DNA from: Phycisphaeraceae bacterium
Lineage (GTDB): Bacteria; Planctomycetota; Phycisphaerae; Phycisphaerales; UBA1924
Direction: 5' to 3'
DNA length: 46,111 nt
Assembly (NCBI GenBank): GCA_009827215.1
Contig: WUAJ01000001.1
Span: forward strand, 1 to 46,111
Shown piece by piece: positions 17,072 to 24,817 of the stretch. The first letter of the stretch is position 1; each line of letters starts with the position of its first letter. The notes beneath the pieces are model-generated. The model was not told the origin of the DNA, did not search any database, and was given only the letters and a program-made list of their open reading frames with translations. The translations under genes and the position numbers were made by a program.

Positions 17072-19480
17072 ATGCCCATGCCGCACCTCCCAACTATCTG
17101 CCGTGTATCCACAGCTCTGCTCGTCGCGTCGCTCGCGATGATCCCCTCCCACACGCTCGCTCAGAACCAGCAGGTTGAACGCATCGATCTGCTCACACAT
17201 CCGATCCCGATGGCGTATGAGGGGCAGATGGTCGTCTCGGTACGGATCACCTCAGAAAGCCAACTCGCAGCAGCACTCGATCTCGCGGTCTCATCGTGGT
17301 CAGAGCGTCCTGGACTCGGGAAGGTCGATCTGCAGATCAACGCGGATCAGTTCGACGAGCTTGTCAAACTCGGAGTCAATCCGATCGTCGAGATCGCGGA
17401 CCTCCAGACACACAACCAGAACCGATGGGAAACGCTCGTCCAGCAAGAGCAGCTCGATATCATCAATCAGAGCGGTGCGTTCAAACCTCAGGGACAGATC
17501 CAACGCGGCGCCTCGACACATGACGAGAGCTGGTTCACAAACTACAAACAGCTCGCGGACATCTACGCGTACATGGACACCCAACTCGCTGCTCATCCTG
17601 ACATGATCTCCAAGATGGACTTCGGAGACACCTACGAATCCCGCGACATGTTCGCGTACACGATCACGGCACCGGACGAGCCTGGGAACTTGGGAGTCGA
17701 TCGTCCCATCATCATCTGGAACGGTGGACAGCACGCACGCGAGTGGGTCAGTCCGATGACCGTCACATACATCGCATCCAAACTCATCGATGACGCATCC
17801 AGCGACCCTGTGGTTGCACAACTGCTCAGTGATGTCCGCTTTGTCATCATCCCTGTCCTGAATCCAGACGGCTATCTGTACTCATGGTCGTCTGAACGAT
17901 TCTGGAGAAAGAACCGACGCGATAACGCCGGAAGCTCGTTCGACGGCGTAGACCTCAATCGAAACTGGGATGTCGCGTTTGGAGGAGACGGCACATCAAC
18001 AGATCCATCATCAGATATCTACCACGGCACCGCGGCGTTCTCTGAACCTGAAACCGCCGCGCTCAGAGATCTCGCGCTGAGCTTTGGTGATGATCTCGTC
18101 GCGCACATCGACTATCACACCTACTCCCAGCTCATCCTCTGGCCATTGGGATACGAGCTCGGTCTGGTCACTCCAGAACCCGATCGCTCATTCTTCCAGT
18201 CCCTCTCTGGAGACATGTCGGACCTGATCCAGTCGTACTCCGGAGCGTTCTACGATCCGATCCAGTCTTGGCAGTTGTACGCCGCGGCGGGAACCTGCTC
18301 GGACTGGTTCTACGACGGCGCGGGTGTGCCGAGCTTTACCGTTGAGCTTCGTCCCGAAGCCGGCGCCGGATTCGGCGGTTTCGATCCATCCCCTGATGTG
18401 ATTCTTCCCACTGCTCAGGAAAACTGGGAAGCCGCCAAACTCTTTGCACAGCGCACGACTCAAGAAATCTTGCTCTCGCATGAGACTATAGAAATCGTCA
18501 ATGCCAATACACCAACTCCGGTCACATTGACATCTGCGCCGAGCCTCAGTGATGTCGATCCGAGCATGGTCTCGTTGTATGCACGCGTAGGGAACACAGG
18601 ACCCTTCACGCAATCACCAATGACGGGCATCGGTTCTTCACAGTTCAGCGGCTTACTCCCAGGCGCAGCGTGCGGACAGATGATCGAGTACTACTTCAGC
18701 GCGGTCTCACTCTCAGGGATCACAGTCGAGTACCCTGCTGGAGGCGCGTCCTCAGCATTGTCTGTGCTCTCGCAAGAGATCACCATCGCGTTCGAGGACG
18801 ACATGGAATCGAGCACTGGATGGATCGTCGGACAAGCATCCGACTCCGCAACCACCGGCATTTGGGAACGCGCTGATCCGCAGTCCACTGCTGCTCAGCC
18901 TGAGGACGATCACACGCCTGGATCGGGAACGCTCTGCTGGATCACCGATGGTGCTTCTGGAGGATCACTCGGCGCCAATGACATCGACGGCGGCGCAACC
19001 ACGCTGACCTCCCCACTGCTTGATGCGAGCGGACTCCCTGATGGCGCTGAGCTCATTTACTGGCGCTGGTACTCCAACGACACTGGCGCATCCCCAAACG
19101 AGGACTCCATGCTTGTCCAGATCTCAACCAACGATGGTGGATCATGGAGCACACTCGAGACAGTCACTGAGAACGCGGGCATCTGGGTCGAAAAACGATT
19201 CCCGGCTCCGGATTCGGATCAGATCCGCGTCCGATTCATCGCGTCGGATCTTGGAAGTGGATCGATCGTCGAAGCCGGCGTGGATGATCTGCGGATCGAA
19301 GCTTTGGGATGCAGCGAAACCTCCGCGGATATCAACGGCGACGGCAGTCTGAACTTCCTCGATGTTTCCCAGTTCCTGAGCTTGTTTGGAGTCCAAGATC
19401 CGATCGCGGACTTCAACAACGACGGGCAATGGAATTTCCTGGATGTCTCCGCTTTTCTTGCCGCGTTCGCGGCGGGTTGA
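17072..19480 (+). CDS. Secreted M14 zinc carboxypeptidase with C-terminal GC-type dockerin-like tail
   Basis: HxxE zinc motif GGQHAREWVS, then NRNWD and HTYSQLILWP. Tail LGCSETSADINGDGSLNFLDVSQF...DFNNDGQWNFLDVSAFLAAFAAG. Start trimmed to the ATG at 17072 (GGAG upstream, signal peptide follows). Confidence 0.88.
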   Translation: MPMPHLPTICRVSTALLVASLAMIPSHTLAQNQQVERIDLLTHPIPMAYEGQMVVSVRITSESQLAAALDLAVSSWSERPGLGKVDLQINADQFDELVKLGVNPIVEIADLQTHNQNRWETLVQQEQLDIINQSGAFKPQGQIQRGASTHDESWFTNYKQLADIYAYMDTQLAAHPDMISKMDFGDTYESRDMFAYTITAPDEPGNLGVDRPIIIWNGGQHAREWVSPMTVTYIASKLIDDASSDPVVAQLLSDVRFVIIPVLNPDGYLYSWSSERFWRKNRRDNAGSSFDGVDLNRNWDVAFGGDGTSTDPSSDIYHGTAAFSEPETAALRDLALSFGDDLVAHIDYHTYSQLILWPLGYELGLVTPEPDRSFFQSLSGDMSDLIQSYSGAFYDPIQSWQLYAAAGTCSDWFYDGAGVPSFTVELRPEAGAGFGGFDPSPDVILPTAQENWEAAKLFAQRTTQEILLSHETIEIVNANTPTPVTLTSAPSLSDVDPSMVSLYARVGNTGPFTQSPMTGIGSSQFSGLLPGAACGQMIEYYFSAVSLSGITVEYPAGGASSALSVLSQEITIAFEDDMESSTGWIVGQASDSATTGIWERADPQSTAAQPEDDHTPGSGTLCWITDGASGGSLGANDIDGGATTLTSPLLDASGLPDGAELIYWRWYSNDTGASPNEDSMLVQISTNDGGSWSTLETVTENAGIWVEKRFPAPDSDQIRVRFIASDLGSGSIVEAGVDDLRIEALGCSETSADINGDGSLNFLDVSQFLSLFGVQDPIADFNNDGQWNFLDVSAFLAAFAAG

Positions 19481-19603
19481 GCGGAACCTGCTATACTCCA
19501 GACCAGATCACTTTCTGTGATCTGGACTCCCATTTCTCGGGCATCTAGAATCTGCCCTGACAACCAGCCCCCCCAAAGTCCCCCCGATATGGTCCACCCC
19601 CCA

Positions 19604-19633
19604 CCCCGGATCGATCGGGGGGCACCTTTTTTT
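19604..19633 (+). terminator. Probable rho-independent terminator after the M14 gene
   Basis: Short GC stem CCCCG (19604-08) / CGGGG (19616-20), followed by T7 at 19627-19633. Confidence 0.5.
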
Positions 19634-19724
19634 GCACACATTACATTCATAACTGATGCAACTGGTGTTGCAGTTCGAGTCCACGGCTATGATTGAGACC
19701 CATTCTCATTTACGGAGATTTGCC

Positions 19725-20438
19725 ATGACTGTTTCCACTGAAATCACCAGCCGACTCAAGAGCGACAACTGGGATCTGCATCAGATCGCCGAGCGTGGAG
19801 GCACGCCGGAGTCGATGATCAAAGGCACAATCTCGAGAGGAGAGTTTGTGGACTACCTGAGCCAGTCCATACATATCCACCGAGCTTTGGACGCGGCTCT
19901 GGATCGTGCGATCAGCACGATGCCTGAGCTTGCACCGATAGTTGATGATCTACACAAGTTTGAGCCGTTCTTTGCCGCGGATCTTACATACTACCAATGC
20001 GAAGAAGCATCGGAGCTCACTCCTGGAGTTGCACGCTTTATCGAACATATCGAATCGCATGCTGATCAGCCACTCCATATCTTCGGACTCCACTATGTGC
20101 GTTTGGGCGCCTGCAACGGGAATCGGTTTGTCGCTCGTCAGCTCCGCAAGGTCTTCGAGATCGATCACCCCAGCGATGGCATGATGAGCCATGACCCGTT
20201 CGGAGAGTCACAACGCAACATGTGGAACGCGTTCAAAGAAGCGCTCGATCAACTCCCGCTCGATCAGAATCAGCAGGACGCGTTGTTTGACGGAACACGA
20301 GCCGCGTATTTGCTGACTATTAATCTGGATCTCGATGAATACCAGAGCGCCGAAGATCTGCTCGCAGCACACGGCAAGTCACTCGATCGCGAAGCATTCG
20401 AGCAAGGACACTCCGTCCATGTCTCGTCCTCGAACTAA
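19725..20438 (+). CDS. Heme oxygenase-like protein (biliverdin-producing HO family)
   Basis: N-terminus ITSRLKSDNWDLHQIAER resembles the HO proximal-His helix. Overall length and helical character fit. Start trimmed to the ATG at 19725 with GGAG 9 nt upstream. Confidence 0.65.
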   Translation: MTVSTEITSRLKSDNWDLHQIAERGGTPESMIKGTISRGEFVDYLSQSIHIHRALDAALDRAISTMPELAPIVDDLHKFEPFFAADLTYYQCEEASELTPGVARFIEHIESHADQPLHIFGLHYVRLGACNGNRFVARQLRKVFEIDHPSDGMMSHDPFGESQRNMWNAFKEALDQLPLDQNQQDALFDGTRAAYLLTINLDLDEYQSAEDLLAAHGKSLDREAFEQGHSVHVSSSN

Positions 20439-20444
20439 CAGCGT

Positions 20445-21392
20445 TTAGTCATTCCAAGATTTGAACTGCTCACGGATCTGATCCGCGACTTCTCCGAGCG
20501 ATCCTGAAGGCAGCAATCCGAGCGGATGCTCGATAATCGCGAGCCGATTCGTCTGCATCGCAGAGATCGGGAGATCCATCAGAGGCCCGAATCGTTCTTC
20601 GATCTGTTCTTGAGAGAGTTCAATCGGCGCCGCGAAGCGATCCGCTTCGCTTGGTTGTCTTGGTGCGATGAGGATGATCGCATCGGGATTGAGCGTGATC
20701 AGATCTTCGTAGTCCATCTCGATCCACATCGAACCTGATTCGATCGCCGGATTCGCTCCGATCCGCTCGATCAACTCGTAGTGGTACGATCCCGGCCCCA
20801 TCGCGCCGATGGGATCGAGCGACCCGAGCACAAGCACACGACCAATCTTGTCCGCGATCGGTCCCAGATCCGTCCACGACTCGGCAAGCACCACGCTCGG
20901 CAGTGCGCTTGCAAACACCTCGTTCATGTCGTACTGACGCTTCTCTCGCTGTGGAACGCCGTTGAGTAGGAAGTGCAGATCATCCATCGTCGATGCGATG
21001 TGATCAAGCGTGTTCAGAGGACGCTCAAAGATGATCCACCCATAATCCTCTGCTGCTCGAAGAAACTCTGCTGAGCGTGTGGTCGATGTTGTCTGGAAAA
21101 ACACATGTGTTGGATTCGTCTGGATCAGAGTTTCCAGATCAAATCCGAGTTCTGATCCGGCACTTGGTACTTGATCCGAGAGAACCAAGTCGTAGTCGTG
21201 CTTTGCGACGATGAGGTCTTCGTATCCCAGATCGCGGATTATCACCGCCATCCCAGGCGAGAGCACCGCGAAACGCCATTCTTCGAGCGTCTGAGACGCC
21301 CCGCTTTGCTCAGGAGTGTTCGATTGCCCACATCCCGACATGAACAGAATCGCTACAGCACAAACGAACCAGACTCGGACCACATTCATCAT
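20445..21392 (-). CDS. Periplasmic binding lipoprotein, cluster-8 type (iron-siderophore/heme/cobalamin-like ABC substrate-binding protein)
   Basis: 315 aa. Lipobox FMSGC. FAVLSPGMAVIIRDLGYEDLIV and NPDAIILIAP are typical of the Peripla_BP_2 family. Confidence 0.7.
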   Translation of the reverse strand: MMNVVRVWFVCAVAILFMSGCGQSNTPEQSGASQTLEEWRFAVLSPGMAVIIRDLGYEDLIVAKHDYDLVLSDQVPSAGSELGFDLETLIQTNPTHVFFQTTSTTRSAEFLRAAEDYGWIIFERPLNTLDHIASTMDDLHFLLNGVPQREKRQYDMNEVFASALPSVVLAESWTDLGPIADKIGRVLVLGSLDPIGAMGPGSYHYELIERIGANPAIESGSMWIEMDYEDLITLNPDAIILIAPRQPSEADRFAAPIELSQEQIEERFGPLMDLPISAMQTNRLAIIEHPLGLLPSGSLGEVADQIREQFKSWND

Positions 21393-21403
21393 GAACTAGG
21401 ATA

Positions 21404-22759
21404 TCAGTGCGATTCAACCAATGCCTGGACTATCTGATCTTTGAGCGACTTGAGCTGCTCTGTAGAGTAGAACGGGAATCCCCATGTTCGATCCTTAGCG
21501 AGTTCCTTGGACCTTGACGCTCTTCGCGCGTTCTGAGCATCTGACCTGAACTGCTCCAGAGTCGGCGCGTTGGAAGATCGTGTGTCTTGAAGCAGCGATT
21601 GCATCTGCGCGAACAACTCCGCGGCTTTGATTCGATTTCCATCCGCTTTGGCGGTCTTGATCGACTGGACAAGCTCTTCTTTCTGAGCCGCGGCTTGTTG
21701 GTCACCGAGCATCGATGGATCGTGCTTCGCGTGATGCGCAATCCATGCCGCTTGAGCAGGTTCGGGGATGTCGTGATCCGATGTATGCTCGATCATCATC
21801 GTCGCGCTGACGCCCACGGCCGGAGCGAGTTCTTCGCCCCTCCAGCTTCGGATCCAATGCTCAGTGATCTGGTCGTATTCGTATCCGCCCATGCCGTGGA
21901 TGAAGAGCTCGCAGAGCTGCGATCGCATGATCGCGGTCATAAGCAATCCCGTCGGCATGAGATTCGATCGATCGATGGAATCGCCGTCTCTGACGATGAC
22001 TTGAGTGCGTGCATGTCCTTCGACGCGCCAAAGCGGAAGCTCGACTGAATCTTCAGTCATCATCAATGGACGAACACCCGCATCGGGATGTTGCTCAACA
22101 CTCTGGTTGTACTTCGTTGCGGCGGTTCTTGGATCTTCGAACATCGCATCAATCAGTTCAGTGCCTGCTCCGCTCGCGATCAACTCAGAAGCATAAATCA
22201 GAATCGGCAGCTCCAGATCAAGCAGCTCGCACAGGTATCCAATCGTCGCGCTCGCGAACTGCTCTGCGATGGATCCTTCATGCTCGTACCCCATCAACCA
22301 AGAAGCGATCTCTGAGAGTGACTCATGCAGGTCTTGATCGATCTCGATCGCGGGCAAGACAGCAGACGGCGCGTTCAGGTTCGACTCACCACCCAAACGA
22401 ATCATCTGCTCTGTGAGAAACCTGCCCTCAGTAGTCGGTGTGCGCACCAGAGCGGGATCAACAACATCCTGATCAGGAACGATCCAGACGCTGGCGCTGC
22501 CTGAGTGTTTCGCGACATGATCGAGCGCGATAAGTTTCGCGATGATCCCAGGATGGAACACGATGGACTGATGTCCAGACGCAACGATGGGACGATCCGA
22601 TGGAAGATCGAGCTTTGCCCGCAGCGAAAGCAAAGCATTTTTTGTTGGTGTTTGGAAGCTACTGGGCCAGCGATTGACCTCTGGAAGCAACTGGACTGTT
22701 GGTTTGAGCGAGTCTTGGTGTGATGCGGACATGCGCTCGATTTCCTGTGCCGTAGACAT
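21404..22759 (-). CDS. Hypothetical protein with weak BshC-like N-terminal motif and coiled-coil C-terminus
   Basis: 451 aa. SGHQSIVFHPGIIAKLIALDHVAK...VWIVPDQDVVDP loosely parallels GGQQAGLLTGPLYTIHKI...FWVAGEDHDLDE of BshC. The CDS is confident; the function is not. Confidence 0.6.
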   Translation of the reverse strand: MSTAQEIERMSASHQDSLKPTVQLLPEVNRWPSSFQTPTKNALLSLRAKLDLPSDRPIVASGHQSIVFHPGIIAKLIALDHVAKHSGSASVWIVPDQDVVDPALVRTPTTEGRFLTEQMIRLGGESNLNAPSAVLPAIEIDQDLHESLSEIASWLMGYEHEGSIAEQFASATIGYLCELLDLELPILIYASELIASGAGTELIDAMFEDPRTAATKYNQSVEQHPDAGVRPLMMTEDSVELPLWRVEGHARTQVIVRDGDSIDRSNLMPTGLLMTAIMRSQLCELFIHGMGGYEYDQITEHWIRSWRGEELAPAVGVSATMMIEHTSDHDIPEPAQAAWIAHHAKHDPSMLGDQQAAAQKEELVQSIKTAKADGNRIKAAELFAQMQSLLQDTRSSNAPTLEQFRSDAQNARRASRSKELAKDRTWGFPFYSTEQLKSLKDQIVQALVESH

Positions 22760-22773
22760 GCGCTCTCATCCGA

Positions 22774-23541
22774 TCAACAACAGCGACAACCAGACTCCGA
22801 ATCACTCGACGCGGTAGCAATTGCTTGTACCTGCGCGAACGCGGCGGCGATCTCTTCGTCGAGCACCTCGCGATAATGCGCGAGTCGATGCTCCGAATCA
22901 TCCAGTCCACCCCCAAAGGTTCGGTTGGGGTCGTTGTAGATGAGGTCAACTTCAACTTCACCAACGCGGAGATTATGAGCCGCGGCTTGCGCCCAGAGCT
23001 GCATCGGGAATGCGTATCCATCTTCTGTCAGTGTGATGCTGTCCATCGCGGAGACACGATGCGCTTTGAATCCGCAGAACGAGTCGGTGAGCGTGAATCC
23101 CAAGCGATCGTTGATCTCATTGGAGAGCGTCATGTTGATCGCTCGACGATCCGCCGGAGCGATGTCACTCTGCGCATCTAGATTGAGATAGCGAGATCCT
23201 GAGATGATGTCCAGATCTTCCCGCTCGATCGCGGCCATGAAATCTGGGATATGCGCCGGCTCGTGCTGCTCGTCGCAGTCCATCGTGATGACCCAGTCGT
23301 ACCCTTCACGAGAAGCGAACTCGAAGCTCTCTCGGAGCGCTCTGCCGTAGCCGTAGTTGGTTGGGTGTCGGATGATGTCGAGTCCCATCGGCTCGCGAAG
23401 TTCCTCAAGGATCTCTGGAGTGCCATCGGTCGATCCGTCATCGACGAGGAGGATGTTGTCGGCGTATTCACGCACGCGATCGAGGACGCCTCGCACATAA
23501 CCGGCTTCGTTGTAAACAGGGATCGCGATCAATACGGACAT
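22774..23541 (-). CDS. Family 2 glycosyltransferase (DPM1/polyprenol-phosphate GT-like)
   Basis: MSVLIAIPVYNEAGYV...LLVDDGSTDGT...ITMDCDEQH (DxD-type) motifs. Start trimmed to the ATG at 23541 with GGAG upstream. Confidence 0.88.
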   Translation of the reverse strand: MSVLIAIPVYNEAGYVRGVLDRVREYADNILLVDDGSTDGTPEILEELREPMGLDIIRHPTNYGYGRALRESFEFASREGYDWVITMDCDEQHEPAHIPDFMAAIEREDLDIISGSRYLNLDAQSDIAPADRRAINMTLSNEINDRLGFTLTDSFCGFKAHRVSAMDSITLTEDGYAFPMQLWAQAAAHNLRVGEVEVDLIYNDPNRTFGGGLDDSEHRLAHYREVLDEEIAAAFAQVQAIATASSDSESGCRCC

Positions 23542-23649
23542 ACATAAACTCCAGAGGTGAGTATAGGGAGAGATCGGGTTCAAATCAGAACGCTCGTTCG
23601 GATACCCTTATTCCCAGTCGACCACAAGAAATCAGAGATCAGATCCGCT

Positions 23650-24276
23650 TCAATCTTGCGTTTCTGGACTCTGAGCGGCGTTTCGTTCCGCTTCGGAGCG
23701 TGCCAGCGAGGTGTATGCCGCAAAACCGAAGGGAAGCCGTTCTCCGGAATCGGATTCGTGCTCTTGGAGGTCCTCGGATGCAGATTCGAGCTGCTGCAAC
23801 AGTTCTTCAGTAATCGAGTGGATCCCGATGATCTGCGAGATCGGGAGCGTATACGACTCTCCGGTCGGCGTCGTTACTCTGAAGATTGTGCACTGGACAT
23901 CCGCGGAGCGCTCTCGATCCGCTTGGGACCCTGTCGATGAGCACGCGAAGAGAGGGAAGATATCCGCGATCGGGATCCGTTGTCCGAGTGAGGTGATGAT
24001 GCCCATGCGTCCATCAAAGAGGTCATCGACTGGTGAAGTCGAGTGCTGAGCGGCTGAGGGGGTTGGGCTTAAGCGAGCGCTGGAGCTTGCCGCGGCGCTG
24101 GACATCGCCATGAGGGAATCCCGAACGACATTGGACCAGAATAAGTCCCGGCGAGCTTGGACACGCATCGACTGAGGGATCATCGACATCGCAGAATCTG
24201 AGGGGTGCGTCCATCCGTACGCCGGATGATGAGCAGGATGAGCGGCTTGAGTTTCGGGATTGGTTGGTTGATCCAT
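23650..24276 (-). CDS. Hypothetical protein
   Basis: 208-aa ORF with a low-complexity Ser/Ala/His-rich N-terminal half and a more structured C-terminal half. No family recognised. Confidence 0.5.
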   Translation of the reverse strand: MDQPTNPETQAAHPAHHPAYGWTHPSDSAMSMIPQSMRVQARRDLFWSNVVRDSLMAMSSAAASSSARLSPTPSAAQHSTSPVDDLFDGRMGIITSLGQRIPIADIFPLFACSSTGSQADRERSADVQCTIFRVTTPTGESYTLPISQIIGIHSITEELLQQLESASEDLQEHESDSGERLPFGFAAYTSLARSEAERNAAQSPETQD

Positions 24277-24494
24277 AGTCCGAAACTTTATACAGCGCTT
24301 CAGGAGGAATCAGAAATCACCCCAAATCCAGCTCAGCGGAGAAGAAACGGGCCCCATGGAAGGTCTGCTTTCGATATCCCACCACCCCACCGTCATAATC
24401 GGCACAGCATCCGCTGGAAATCGTTCGACGCGGATTCCCGGGCCAAGTCCGTCGATTGTGCCGCCGATGCATGGAGCAACGGAGGTTTGTTCTT

Positions 24495-24791
24495 ATGGAA
24501 AGCAATGGAAAAGCATTCAATGAAGTCCGAGCACTGCTCAACAAGATGGACCGATCCATCGACGACGCTCGCAGCAAGAGACTCGGACCACCGGTTGGTT
24601 CGTCAGACCAATCAAAGAACAAGCCGGAAACCAAAGGCACTGTAGATCTTGATCAAGAGGTCGGCGGCTCCACTCCGACACTTCCGATGACTGAACTCCA
24701 ACGCAAGCGAGCATCATTCGGTCGCGCCAAGCCACTGAGTCGCAACGACAATCAGTGGAAAGCGACTGGAACCGACGGCACGATCGGCTGA
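24495..24791 (+). CDS. Hypothetical small basic, probably disordered protein
   Basis: 98 aa, from the ATG at 24495 preceded by GGAGG (24481-85). Lys/Arg/Ser-rich. No family recognised. Confidence 0.5.
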   Translation: MESNGKAFNEVRALLNKMDRSIDDARSKRLGPPVGSSDQSKNKPETKGTVDLDQEVGGSTPTLPMTELQRKRASFGRAKPLSRNDNQWKATGTDGTIG

Positions 24792-24817
24792 TTGGTCGCT
24801 CACACCACTTCGCACAC

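Noticed and set aside
19636-19654. Possible Fur box (ATTACATTCATAACTGAT) upstream of the heme-oxygenase-like gene
   Set aside because: Only about 8 of 18 positions match the GATAATGATAATCATTATC consensus in my hand alignment. That is too weak to call, although the AT-rich patch sits in the right place.
24205-24645. 146-aa plus-strand ORF
   Set aside because: It overlaps the start of the 23650..24276 gene and is out of frame with the better-supported small gene that has a GGAGG site at 24481. Arg/His/Ser-rich translation.
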